DNA of 63,384 nucleotides, counting the filler, from Conidiobolus incongruus B7586 (lineage: Eukaryota), in assembly GCA_000697335.1 (NCBI GenBank). It is 19 parts of 19 records of this genome, joined end to end, with 100 filler letters (N's around TTAATTAATTAA, not from the genome) between each part and the next. Parts side by side here need not be neighbours in the genome. Positions count along the whole stretch, not along the records: positions 9,054 to 15,725 come from JNEM01004310.1; positions 15,826 to 22,324 come from JNEM01004311.1; positions 22,425 to 23,767 come from JNEM01004312.1; positions 23,868 to 30,061 come from JNEM01004314.1; 15 more parts are not named here. One strand, written 5' to 3'. Within the stretch, counting starts at the first letter, position 1. Every line of letters starts with the position of its first letter. The notes beneath the pieces are model-generated. The model was not told where the DNA came from. It ran no database searches and saw nothing but the letters and a program-made list of their open reading frames with translations. The position numbers and the translations under genes are program-made. Positions 13,559-27,179 of the stretch are shown one piece after another.

Positions 13559-15825
13559 ATAAATCTTTTTAGTTTGTTCTAAGATCATTACTAGTCAGAT
13601 TAAGATTAATTCTAGAAATTCTTACAATATTTTAACCTTCACCACTTTTAAGGACAAACATTTTGATTAATTAATTATACTTAAAATAATGTCATGTGAT
13701 AAGATGATAAACAAAGTCTTTATCAATTATCATTTGTAGCACAAATACTTAGATACCATTTTATAATTTCATTTAGTTTCAAAAAGTATAGCGTTAAATA
13801 TATTATCGCTATCATTAGTAAAAAAATAATTGTGTCTGATTATGTTTTCTTCCTAAATATAAGAATTGGTCGAAATCTGATTTTGCATTTTTAGACAATG
13901 GGATAAAGCTAGAACAGTTAGAACTATGAATCTCGGATATGTTCAGGCTTTGATCAGTTTTTGATATTAAATAGTACTTGCATTTATAAATCAACTTTCA
14001 AACTAATAAAAAAATAATTTTTTCTAATCTTTTGATAATATTAAAAACAAGATCAATAATTAAAGGTTAAATACTTTCAATAAAGCTTTTTAAATATAAA
14101 ATTATTCAAAAAATCACATCATCACTGAATTATAAAAATCACAGGTTTTAAACCTTATTAGAATTAATTTATAATGAAATTATTTATCAATACCCTTTAT
14201 TAATACAAATTGATTAAAAATTTAATCCCTTTGAATTTATCTTAAAAAACTATTATGCAATATATTATTCCTATTAAATTTAATTACATGATTTAATAAA
14301 TGAACTTTGAAATATATTTTATAATTAGTAATTACTTGAGGATATGAATAAATTTATTATATTGGGTAAATAATATAAACTAAATATAAAATATATAATT
14401 TGATAGAAAATATAAGATAGTTTGAAACTAAAACACAAAAAATCAAATAACTCTCATATATTTAAAATATTATGTAATAATATAAGATAATGAATTAGAT
14501 TAATGTTTTATATTTTAACCATATTAATATAGAATAATATGTTCCGTGTTATAAATTTTACTCGGGATATTTTATCAAATAATAGTATAAAATAAAGACT
14601 AATAGGTACTAAATTTATTTATAATATTTGAAAAATTAATAATTTTCCTAAATATAGAGTGTTAATATTAATTTGTAAAAAAAAGACTTAAAATAAAATA
14701 TATAAATAAAGGTGATTATATAAATTACTTTTATATACTAAAATAGGTTGATATTTATTATTCTTTAAATTTCAATAATAATATAAATTTTTTAATTTAG
14801 CCATCATCAACAAGTTCATAATTATTACCTTTAAGGGACAAAGTTGGGTGAATATTAATTTTTTAATGTTTGTAAATTATATAAATAACGAAGTGGAATA
14901 AATTAAAAGAATTTTTTCTCTTACACTTGATATATAAACTTTTAGAATACGTTACTCTTGTGAGCTATCTATCAAATTACAAAAAAGGATATGGGGAAAG
15001 TTTGTTATTATTATATTTATATTTCAAATAATAAAATAAATAGTGGAATAAAATTAACTATTAATAAAAAATGTTAAAAGCGTAATAAGTGAACTAAAAC
15101 GCTCATCACATTCTTTATTAAATAATTTCTTATGATTATTTTATTTTATCATATGAATAAGTAAGTTAAAAAGAATAGCTAAAAAATACAATTCAAATAA
15201 CAATATAAAACCAATATTGTGATGACTTCATTACAGATTTTATTAAGGCATAATTAATAAACCAAAATAATACCCTTAGTGCAAATTAATTATTTTTAAA
15301 TTATTATATAAGAATTATCCATTATGGATATATTTAATGATAGTATAAATAATCTAAATACCCAAATAGACATAATATTATATAAAAATAAACTAATGCA
15401 TTAATGTTATGAAAATATAATTTTTTGTCATTTAAAAATAAATCTAGTGAGTGATTAAAAATAGTTATTTTGGTTACCCCCTTAGTGTCTCAATATTTTA
15501 TATAATAAAATTTAGATACAATGATTAAAATACCTTTAGATTAATATTATTTTATATAAAAATAGCATATAATGCATAATTGGTTAAACATTTTAACTAT
15601 ATCATTATCTATATTATAAAATTATATAATATCAATAAAATAATATTAAAAACTATAATTAATTTTAGAATTTAGAGTTTTTGTTATTTTGTAAACTTAA
15701 TTAATATGAATAATTTAGAATTTAANNNNNNNNNNNNNNNNNNNNNNNNNNNNNNNNNNNNNNNNNNNNTTAATTAATTAANNNNNNNNNNNNNNNNNNN
15801 NNNNNNNNNNNNNNNNNNNNNNNNN

Positions 15826-16060
15826 TATAACTATAATAATTAATACTTAAGATTTAAATAAAGTTTGAATAATAATATTTTTAACTTAAAATTGCAAATA
15901 TAATGATAAATAGTAAACTTAATTATAATATTATTTTTATAAATTATATATAATTTTAAATAATTTTAAAGGGTTAATGGTTATTTTTTAATAATAATTA
16001 AAACTAAGATTTTGAATAATTATTATCTAGATTCTATATAATTACTTTTAACTTTAAATT
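15826..16060 (-). mobile_element. Mariner N-terminal fragment
   Basis: Reverse complement aligns with 22520-22710, the mariner HTH-coding region. Confidence 0.55.
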
Positions 16061-19000
16061 TTAAAATGAAAATATTTTAATGAATAAATACTTATATATT
16101 TTATATTTAATTAATTTCTTAAAACCAATAAAATATTTAAGAATTCAGAAATTAACAAAAATTTTTATAATTATTCTTCCAAACAGATTTTTATTTTTAA
16201 TTTTGTATTAATATCAATATAATTCTAATTTTATTATTTAATTGATCTTAAATTCAATTATTATTGATTTTAAATTCCTATTTTATCTTTATTAGAAATT
16301 AGTTAAATATAATAGGTTCAACATATTTTAAATATATTTTAAACTTTAAATTCATAAAAATACAAAATTATATTTATAAAAATAAACTATTCCTATTGCT
16401 TTATAAAAGTTTATTATTTAAATCAATTTAAATTTATAAATCAATAAAATTATTAGAATAAGTAGATTAATAATTTGAGTTTTTCCATTATTTCAATTTA
16501 AACATAAAGCCCCAAACTTTTATTATATGAAATTCTAATCAAATTATCATTCTTTCTTCAATCCAATATATTTGTTTCAAGCTTATAAGAAAATATTCCA
16601 AGTTAAACAAAATTATGATAAAAATAATTATTTTATTTTATATTTATCAATATTGCTAAAATTAAAATACATCAGTAATAACAATACAAATATCCTTTTA
16701 TCAAATAACAAATTGAAAATTATTAATAATTACGTAGATAAAATGAAGTTATAATAAATTGAATCTCTTCAATAGATTTGTTTATTTCAGAGTTAAAAAT
16801 ACCATTAAATTTCAAACTGTATAATTATTGGATTTAAGTTTTTCAAGCATGTAATGAAACAATTGTATCATTAAAAAATAAATCACATCTCAAAATAACA
16901 TGAAAATTAAGTAGATAAATTTTAATAAACGAATATCTTATATAAAAAACCTATTTTATAATGCAATAAAAATCTAACAACTAATAACGTAACTGTCAAT
17001 GATATAGATCTGATATAATAATATTACTGAATAGATACTCAAAAGATATATTAAATAACCTGTACAAGGCAGCTAATAGAGTATAATATTATGAATAATG
17101 ATATATGATGAATCCAATTTATATTCATCTACATATTTACAATTCATTGAATTTTAACATCAAGATAAGTGTTAATATTTGGTCGTTGTTTTAGATACAT
17201 AAGGTAAGCGTAGTTTGAATAAAAGAATATATATGTAAATTGTTATTGTGAAATACTGACATTGGTTTACCGGATAAGAATACAAAAATTTTAACCAATC
17301 GCTAATATTCCAGCATGTTTATCAAGTACAATTACATAACTATGAATAGAGTATTGTTTTGACTAAGTTTATTTATGTAATTTATTCATTTTAAACTTAA
17401 ACAATATTTATTAGCTTTTTAATATTGTTTCTCCCAGTTGTTTAGAAAAAAATATTTACGAGTGATTGTATAATTATACATTGATACCTTCATACATTTA
17501 AGTTCAGATAATAAGTTTTAATCAAATTTTCTATACTAATTATTTAATTGTTAACAAATATGAAATATACTTGTTTTAACTTTTTAATTACTAGTGGATC
17601 CAATATATGCTGAAATTGTTTAATGATTTATTAAAACTGACCAAAGCCAATATTTCACATTAATTCCAATACGCATTGTGAATTGTTATTTGATATATGG
17701 TAAATTTTATAAATCATTAATTTAAAATGGCGTTGTTTTAAAATTATTATTTGAACTATCATAGAATACTATTCATTTTTGAAAATTTTATCACTTCGCA
17801 GATCAACTCATTTCAACTTGAATATTGTAAATTCGTAGTATGATCAATTATATTTTGGTAATCTACTTAAAAATTCAATTGCCAAAGGAATAAAACAGTT
17901 TTTTATATTTATTTTTCTATAGTTAGTTTTATGGATTTGCTTTTTACAAAAGGATATATTAATTGTATTATCATTATGTTTAAGAATCATTAAAAAATTA
18001 ATCAGCACTTTAATATAATAAAAATCATCTAGTTATGATATATTTTTATTTAACATAGAAATTAGTTTAAATTAAATGAAACAAAGCAGAGAATACAATT
18101 TGAAATATTCATAATATCTGTTAACTTAAACCTAAACAATCAAATTTTAATATCAAATTAATAATTTTTCCACAATTTATTCCAATTTCAATATTGGAAT
18201 ATTGACTCTATGATGCGCAAGGCCACTATAAAAATATTTTGTATCACACATGTTATATAATTCATATAAGCTCTAGATTTTCAATACAGAATATGTATTT
18301 GTATGGCATACAAAACCTATAATTTGAGCAAAAGTGAAAGAAATTTTTGAACAAAAATTGTATACGATAAGTATCTGATCCTTTATCGCATCTTTCCAAA
18401 TCATTCAAACTCTAGATTTTAATATCAAAAGATATAATTTTGATACAAATTGATCCCTGAATACAAATGCAGTTGTTAATTAATTCTTAATACAATCTTT
18501 AGTAAATAAGTACTATAGATTTAGATGAACTATCATAATAGGAAACTTACACCATTACATTATTCCTGCTCAATGGGTTACAAAATTCTCGTACTTCCCC
18601 AGATTTTGGTTAAGGGATTTAATATATTGATTGAGTAACTGGTTTCAATAAAATTAGGTTTACCAGTTAGTTAATGAATTGTGACAGTTAATTTCCAATA
18701 CTCTTTCCCTTACATTATTTACTAAATTAGGTTATACGACTTTCTAATAAAAGAATCCTTTTTAAAATTGCATCATTTCCTTAAATATATTATGAAGTTT
18801 TTAAATGTAAGTTTTGAATGATATATACTAATGATAACTAAATAAAACAAAATTAGTAAATATAGAATTTAGTGTTTTTCAACATATATATAATATATCA
18901 GATGAATAAATTACGATTCATATTATAATTGATATGAGAGAGTTGTAAATTAAAAATAAATTATAATAAACCTTATATACTAATAATGAATACTAATTAA

Positions 19001-20243
19001 ACCATATTTTCTAATATGAGATGGTTATATAATGTTAAAATATAACACTAGATTCAAAATTAATTTTTTATTTATAATAATATTAACTTGGACTATTGAT
19101 TATAATTTTTGATATTTTATTAAATAAAAATTTTGATTATATATATTAACCTTTCATTTTTCTATTGTTTCATTGAACCTTTTCAGAACTTTTAATAGCT
19201 ATTACAAAATGTAAAACATTGGCTCTGTGTATTATATAATAATTATCTAATTAATTGCTTATTTATATAAGTTGGGTTATATTTCAAAATATTCAATTTT
19301 ATATTATATAAATATATATAGTTATAAGAGTTTATTTTAATTTACTCTATCAAATTTGATAATTTTAATATATTAATATAATTATCTCACATACAATTAC
19401 AAATATTTTATTGTATAGTATTTATAATACAATTATGCTTTATAATAAATCTTATATTATTATATTAAAGATGTAGAATAATTCAAACAGGAGAGTGGAG
19501 CAGTTAAAATGGCCTTAACCGGTAATTTCTTTTCAGCTTTTAATATACTGAACGATATTATTTATGAATATTTCATATATCCACTCGCATAATTTAGCTC
19601 CAAGCTGAATAATGCTGGATGTCTTGTAAATGATGCTAATTAAGGCATTGAACAAAAGGATATGTTTCAAGTCAGTGTAATCAATATTATTCTGAATTAA
19701 CTATATAAATTGTCAAAATTTAAAAATTTTAGAGTAATAAAAATATTTACATAATTCCTAATATAAATTTCATGATATATATATTTTAAAATTAATGGAA
19801 TAATATTATATTCTAACCATAAAATCGCCCCAACTAACGATCATGATGAGGGAAATTGAGATAGAGAATATCAGCTGTCACACTTTACATCTATTATCAT
19901 TGGTTCAATTCCATATGAAAAATATTGTTCCATGTAATTTATCCCAAGTTCACATTTGTAAAAAGCGTGGGGAATTAAGCAATTAAAAAAGTCATTTTGA
20001 TCAACATTTATGAATATTATTAAATAGTTAAGTCGATGCCAGAATAATGAAAAATATAGCGATTAAACTTGTTTAATTAGATAGGAATATTTATTTCTAA
20101 TATAAGATTAATAAAATTGTTGGGTGAGGAAAAAGAAGATTATATTTAATGAAGGGATATAAATTCAAGGTAAGGACAGGATATTTCTTTATAATTAATT
20201 TGGATTGGAAAGACCACCCTTAACTTTCAATTCACTTCAAATA

Positions 20244-20639
20244 ATGTCAAATTATCCACCTTCTACAAAATCTTCAAATAAGTCCAACAAGTCAAGCAAG
20301 TCAAAAAAATCAAAGTCTACCCAATATACCTATTATGTTACCAAAAATTATGGATCCATCGATGACAGGGGTAACGAATCAAGCTCAAGTTCAACTGTCA
20401 GTTTCCAACTCAATCAGCCGCCATCTCCCTCCTTAATCTCATACTCTAGATTAAGAAATACATTCTGCAAAAGTAAGAGTTCAAAATATCTGGTCCTTAC
20501 AGCCTTACTCGGATTGGCGATTTTAGTAATTTCCATATCTAGTTTTGTTGTTGGTGTAAATCAAGTGATTAATCCCACAAAACCGCATCATACACATCCA
20601 CATACACATCCCAGTCCCCAACAGCCTACAGGAGTTTAG
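20244..20639 (+). CDS. Small single-pass membrane protein (131 aa) with Ser/Lys-rich N-terminus and His/Pro-rich tail
   Basis: GC-richer island with ATG at 20244 in an A-rich context (the ORF track starts at an upstream TTG). One hydrophobic segment YLVLTALLGLAILVISISSFVVGV, then PHHTHPHTHP. Confidence 0.7.
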   Translation: MSNYPPSTKSSNKSNKSSKSKKSKSTQYTYYVTKNYGSIDDRGNESSSSSTVSFQLNQPPSPSLISYSRLRNTFCKSKSSKYLVLTALLGLAILVISISSFVVGVNQVINPTKPHHTHPHTHPSPQQPTGV

Positions 20640-21431
20640 GCAAAATACTGGTTAATTATAAATTAATATCTAATTGTGATTTATTCTCATAAAATATAAT
20701 CTTTCCAAGTCAATAATAATGAACATTCAACTTTGAATAAGTAGACAATAATAAATCTTAAACGTTTCAAATTTTATTGTTTATTGATAACTCTTTAACT
20801 TGTTAAAATATATTAATATAAGAATAAGATTTTTAAGTCAATTCATCAATTATATGTAAAAAAAATTTAAAATTGAAATAGTTTTAATTGAAATTTATCA
20901 TATAGAAATAAATTAATAACGATATGTGATCTTCAATCAAGTACATGAATAATCTATGTATAAAAATTCGTTGTAATAATATTTTTATTATTATATATAT
21001 TTTTTGAAAATATTTTTTTCTCTCAATATAATTAATCACCTTATTTAGCTCATTTACAGTTTATTATAGCCTAATGTATAGCACATATTATTATATATAA
21101 CCGTTTAATATATAAAAAATCTTCATATAAGAATATCAAAATATAGTATTTTCAAGATTCTTAGTTCATTTATCATAAACAGTTAGATAAAAATTGTTAC
21201 AATGAAATTGTAAAGTCTATAGTAGGGTAAGAGTAGTACTGAAGATTTATCATTGAGTAACAGTGAAATGTATGACATTGTTAATCTTGTAATCTACTCA
21301 ATTAAATACTTATTTTTAAATAATGTTTTAAATAAAATTTATTTATTGTTCAATATTTTTGATTAATGGTCTGTTATAAGCAAATTAATATATATTTAAT
21401 TTGTATTATATTTTGCAAATAAGTTTCTAAT

Positions 21432-22324
21432 AATATTGCTCTGTATTTTAAATAATGGGAATTTTTTGTGATTTAAAATAAATAAACATTTTGATATATA
21501 ATGAAAAAATAAATATATATAAATTTTATAGTTTTTTTATTATTAATAGCTTTTTGCTATATTTTTACCTAATATCTAACATTTAAAAAATAATTTTTTT
21601 ATTTAAGACTAAAATTTAATATTTTATAAATTAATTAATTTTTCTATAGAAATTTCCTTTTTTATAAACTAGTTTTTTAATTATTTAAAGCAATTATAAT
21701 CACAAATATAATAATTTAAAGAATATATTAGATATGGTAGTTTTTCTAGTTATTTTTAATTAGAAATTTTTTTATAATCTGAGATTTATATATTTTATAA
21801 TTATTATACAAAATAATAAGTTTTTTAAATTATATTGAGAATATTAATTAAAGATAGTTTAATTTAAAAAAAGCAATATAAAACTTATTATTAATTGATT
21901 TTATTTCAAGAGCTAAATAAAAATAGATTATATTATTATAAATTATTTTAATAATTAATATTTATTTATTAATAAAATATTTATTTTAGTGGATTTAAAG
22001 AAAAGTTTAGTTTAACTTAATTTAATACTTTGATCTGTGCTTTATTTCAAAAATTATATAAAGGGATTTAAATTTCATTAATGATAGTTATTTATTATAA
22101 ATTTTAAGTTTCTAGTTATATTTTAATAAGTTTTATTTACTAATAACTATTCTAACTTTTTTTATGCTTTAGTTAAATTATAAGATATTTATTTTATATT
22201 TTTATTTATTAATTTAAGTTTAAACTTTAGTATATATAAATTACTTATAAAACTTATATTAAAATATTTAAGTAATTCTTTAACTAAAATAAAAAAGTAA
22301 TATTTAATATTGTTTTCATTTTAT
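21432..22324 (-). mobile_element. Degenerate mariner copy (3' part)
   Basis: Collinear with 300-1090. Terminal sequence TATTGCTCTGTATTTTAAATAATGGGAATTTTT near 21434. Confidence 0.8.
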
Positions 22325-22424
22325 NNNNNNNNNNNNNNNNNNNNNNNNNNNNNNNNNNNNNNNNNNNNTTAATTAATTAANNNNNNNNNNNNNNNNNNNN
22401 NNNNNNNNNNNNNNNNNNNNNNNN

Positions 22425-23650
22425 AAATATTTTCAAAATATATATATATAAATTCAATTTTAATTATTTTTTTATTAAAATATTTTGATTTTAAAATTTA
22501 TATTTAGATTTAATTATACTTAAACTAAATTGTGATTATCAAAAGACTTTTATTTTTATATCTTTAAAACTAAATTATAAACCCTCTAAAAACATCTAAA
22601 ACTTATAAATAGCTTATGAAGATAGTGTTTTATCTAAAATTACTATATATCATTGGATTTGTGATTTTAAAGCTAAAAGGGATATTATTTAAAATTTACC
22701 AAAATCTAAGAGATTAATTTTTATTTTTATTTTTTCACTTACTAATAGAGTTAAAAAATATATTAAGAAATACCTTTTTATTTTTGTTAGAGAATTATTA
22801 AAGTAATTTAATATTAATTATACAGGTATTTTATATTTACTTAAGTTAAACTTAAATTAATTAATAAAAATATAAAATAGATATCTTATAATTTAACTAA
22901 AGTTTAAAAGAAATCTAGAGTAATTATAGCTAAATTAAACTTATTAAGGTATAACTAAAAACAAAAGTTTTTACAGTAAATACTTATAATGAATGAATCT
23001 TAAATTCATTTATATAATTTTTTACCTAAAAATAAAAAAGATATTAGGTTAAGATAAACTAATCCTCTTTATAAATTCTAATAAATAAGTATTTTAAATA
23101 TTAATAAACGTTAATTATTATAATAGATTATAATGTTATATAGTTCTTTTAATTAATATCTCAAGGAAAATCAACTAATAATAAGTTATATATTGATTTT
23201 TTAAATAAAATAATTTTTAAATGGTATTCTCAATATAAATTAAAGACACTTATTATTTTACATAATAATGATAAAATATATAAAATTAAAGCTATAAAAG
23301 ATTTTTTATATAAAAAATTAAAAGGAGTTACCATATCTAATATATTTACTTGATTATAACTTATATGATTATAATTGTTTTAGACAATTAAAAAAACAGC
23401 TTGCAGGAAAAAAATTCTTAAAAATAAATTATATTAGTTTATGAAATATCAAATTTCAGTTTTAAATAAAAAGAATGATTTTTTAGATATTAGGAGCTTA
23501 TCAAAAATATAGAAAAAAGTTATTAATAATAAAAGAGGCTATTTATTTTATTTTTTATATTATATATTAATTTTTATATATTATGTATTAATTTATTTAT
23601 TTAATTTCAATCTTAAAATTATACCATTATTTAATTTCTATACTAATAAA
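22425..23650 (+). mobile_element. Near full-length degenerate mariner (DD34D) copy
   Basis: Reads AYEDSVLSKITIYHWICDFKAKRDII*NLPKSKRL (HTH/GRP-like), LIMNES*IHLY (first D), LIILHNN (second D) and ELPYLIYLLDYNLYDYNCFRQLKKQLAGKKF (third D). Confidence 0.85.
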
Positions 23651-23767
23651 TTACTTTATTTTAATTAATTTTATTTTAATATTAGTAATAATATTTAAGC
23701 TTTTACTTAACTTTAAAATAAAATTTCTTTAACTAAGGGTATTTTTTCTTAAAATATAAATGATATT
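23651..23767 (-). mobile_element. Tc1 internal fragment
   Basis: Aligns with 31095-31215 and 60805-60925. Confidence 0.55.
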
Positions 23768-23867
23768 NNNNNNNNNNNNNNNNNNNNNNNNNNNNNNNNN
23801 NNNNNNNNNNNTTAATTAATTAANNNNNNNNNNNNNNNNNNNNNNNNNNNNNNNNNNNNNNNNNNNN

Positions 23868-25353
23868 AGATTATTATAGATTAAATTGATATTATTTTTT
23901 TAAAAGGATATTTATTAATTTTATAATTAACTTAAATTTTTAACAATAATAGCAACTTTTATTAATTTTTAAATAAGTTTTAAATTTTTTATTTAATGTT
24001 TTCTTATAAAGCTTTAAAATAAAAACATTTATCATTTAAGATTTAAGTAGGTTAAAATAAACTTTAAAAAATTAACTCTTTAATTTAAAAGATTTAACTA
24101 TAAAATAGAAGATATTATTGATTATAATTACTATATCACAAATATCAAAAAAAATATATTAATAAAGTTTTTTTATTAATTAATTAAAATTTTATTTAAA
24201 GGTTAAAATATTATAATAGTTTGCAAATTTATTCTTCTTTAGTAATATTTGATATATTTAAATATATCTTATTAAATTACTTAATTAATTACCTTATAGA
24301 AATTTTTTATATATATTAAAAAAGCTTTTCTCTTATTAATTAAATTTAATCTTTTAAGTAATACCTTTTTTTAAAGGTTTTTTCTAATTTTTTGAAAGTT
24401 TATATTATTATAGTAAGTTATCCTTTTGAGGATTTTTTAGGATTAAACTTATAATAAATTAATTACCAAGTATAAATAGCTTTTTTAAAAAAAATGGTTA
24501 ATTTAAAGATATTCTTTAAATTTTTATTAAGAATATAATCAAAATAACTCTTTATATTTTTAAAATAGCTTTCAAGTTTATAAAGGTTTTTAAAACTATT
24601 ATATTTAGTTAATTTATTTTTAAAAATACTAAGAAAATGATTTAATATGTTAACAATAGTAAAATAACTAGTTTATTATATTTAAGCTTTTTAATTTATG
24701 TTTTTCTTAATCAATAGTAGTTTAATATAAGTTTCTTAAAGGGTAACAAATTTTTAAAGATTATAATCTTAGATTCATTTAATAGTTAAGCTATTATTAT
24801 TATTCAAATAATATAAGGGTATTTTTTTACTGATATTCTAGTATATAGTGTTAAATTTAAATAAAATAAATTATAAATAAAATTTAAAATAATAATAAAT
24901 AAATTTAATATAAATATTTATTAATTTTCTAATAAATTTTTAGCTTTTTTGTTACTATTATTTTATAAACAAAGCAATAAAGACTTACTAATATAATATA
25001 GAGAAAAACTTAATATAAAAGTAATATCTTATAAAATATAATAATATAATATATTATAGTAAATAGAGTTTAATTAAACTTTAAATTAAGATGTGTTATT
25101 GATATATTAAAACTTATATTAGGTATTGTTAATATATTATAATATTAATAGAATATAGTCTAAAATTTAGAAATCATGTAAAAAATAAGAAATAATAAAA
25201 ATTAAGTAAAAAAAACCTTATTTATTAAATAATTTAATATAATATATATAATGAATTTTATTATAAAAATATAAATTAATTATAGAATTTATAGTTAATT
25301 TCACTATAAAAAGATATATATATATAGGAATTTAAAGAATTAATCTTTTAACA
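23868..25353 (-). mobile_element. Ty3/gypsy relic, family B, copy 2 (gag plus 5' LTR about 24964-25353)
   Basis: Collinear with 2320-3810. The LTR ends TTAACA at 25353 directly against Tc1 sequence. Confidence 0.75.
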
Positions 25354-26193
25354 AAAATAATATAATGGTTATAAAATAGTTTTTTATTTATTTTAAATAC
25401 CTAACTTTTTTCTTGAATTATTAAGATATATTTTTGTTTTATTAAATTAAATAATTTTATTCTAATTAGTTTTAGTTTAACTTTAATAAGGATATTTAAA
25501 CTCCCATCAAGCTTTATAATAAAACTTTTTTAATAAAAGTTGTTTTGTTTTAAAATATAAGTAATATGTATTTTAATATAAAGTATATATAATAATATTA
25601 GTATTAATTAATATTTTAATATAGTTTTATAATTTTTATTATACTATTATAATAACATTATACTTATATTTATTAATCTATATATATATTTTCTATTATA
25701 TTTATTTATAATTTTAATACACTTAAGTTTAAGGGTTTTTTTAATATTGTTTTAATAACTTTAACTATAATAACTTAACTATCACTAATAATTCTAATAA
25801 TCTTATAAGTTGATTTATTTTTATTTTAAAGTTGATTTAAATATAAATGAATTATTTTAGAGAGAGATTTAAGTATCATAATATTAATTTTAAAATATTG
25901 ACTTAATAATTTTATAATATATATATTATAATAGAAGAAAAAGAAGATATATTTAAATCTGTTATACCCTTTTAATTTATAAATTTATAAATTTATAACT
26001 CAGCTTAGTTTAATTTTAGATTTTGATATATTAACTAATAGTTAATAAAATATAATCAAATATAGTTAGTTATAATCTAATAGTATAGGTAAATTATATA
26101 TTTTGTTTTAAATTCATTTAATTAAGAATTATTTAAGATATAAGTAAATATATAAATAATTTTAATTCTATCACTCATTTTTGTGGATTAGTA
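25354..26193 (-). mobile_element. Tc1-like transposon, 5' half with long TIR
   Basis: Collinear with 60705-61563. It ends CTCATTTTTGTGGATTAGTA followed by TA. Confidence 0.8.
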
Positions 26194-26429
26194 TATATAC
26201 ATCAATCCATCTTATCCTAAGTTTATTTTTAATATTAGAAATATCTTATAAATATATCAGAATTATATTTTAATTATATTGATAATATAACTAGTTATAT
26301 ATATCAAAGGATAAAAAATATTTTCAATCCTATTTGTATTAAATTGAAAATATAAAAATTTATACAAATTAATATATTTATTAATAATAACAAATATCTT
26401 TTCAAATAATATATTTTATTTTTAAATAT

Positions 26430-27179
26430 TTAACAACAAGCTTGGCATGGTTTACATCCATAACTTATATATTCACAAATTCCAAAAAATAAGACAGGAA
26501 TATATAAAAATATGCTAAGTTCTAACTTAGATAAAATAATACAAATTATTATTATTTATGTCTTACCAACAATAAAAATCTTGTTTACATTCGTCAAAAT
26601 GGTAATCCGACCAATCACAACAAATTGGAGGTTTACGTTTATATTTGTACTTTATATTTTGAGCACCAATGCCTTTAGGAACTTGATTATTATCACAAGT
26701 AACAAAGATATTAGGGTTTTCTTTATGTAATTGATTTATCCATTCTAATAAAATTATTGAATGCTTTTAGATTAAAATCTAGAATATATATTTTGAATCC
26801 AAACTACCTTCAGCGATGTGATTATTCTCAGAATTACAATATTTAGAACTATTCATGTGGGGAACTTTTTGAGTTAAATCTAATAAGATTAATGAGCTTT
26901 GTTATATTCAAAATTATTTTTTATAACTTTATAATCAATACCTGTAGATATCTGCTTATTTTCAACACCATTAGCTTCGGAGCTATTAGGTTGAGGTAAT
27001 TGATCACTTGATTCTACAAAAACAATGGAATTCATTAGGATTAATACTTGAAAATTTTGAATAAAAATATTTGTGATAACTGGATTATTTTCTTGATTAA
27101 GATATTGAGTGATAATCATACATTGGATCATATGCACTTGACTCAATAAAACCAAATGAATCCCTTGAGTTTGATGCAT
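26430..27179 (-). CDS. Spliced cysteine-rich membrane protein ending in CxxCC (about 190 aa; 5' structure uncertain, possibly decaying)
   Basis: Exons 27179-26942, 26879-26808, 26744-26567 and 26514-26430 are joined by three GT-AG introns (62, 63 and 52 nt) and stay in frame. The product ends ...PPICCDWSDYHFDECKQDFYCCIFLYIPVLFFGICEYNISYGCKPCQACC*. Confidence 0.65.

Noticed and set aside
13860..15010. Short GC-richer patches with splice-like signals
   Set aside because: No consistent frame or recognisable motif could be assembled.
16700..18800. Possible decayed LRR/F-box-like gene on the minus strand (LEKL and NLE-type fragments; similar LPNLE patch at 41560-42200)
   Set aside because: The motifs are too short and interrupted to support a call. 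A tblastn-type search would be needed.
19480..19690. Exon-like fragment with a GT-AG pair
   Set aside because: Contains stops, with no start codon or identifiable homology.
26512..26730. 72-aa plus-strand ORF
   Set aside because: Antisense shadow of the spliced minus-strand Cys-rich gene.
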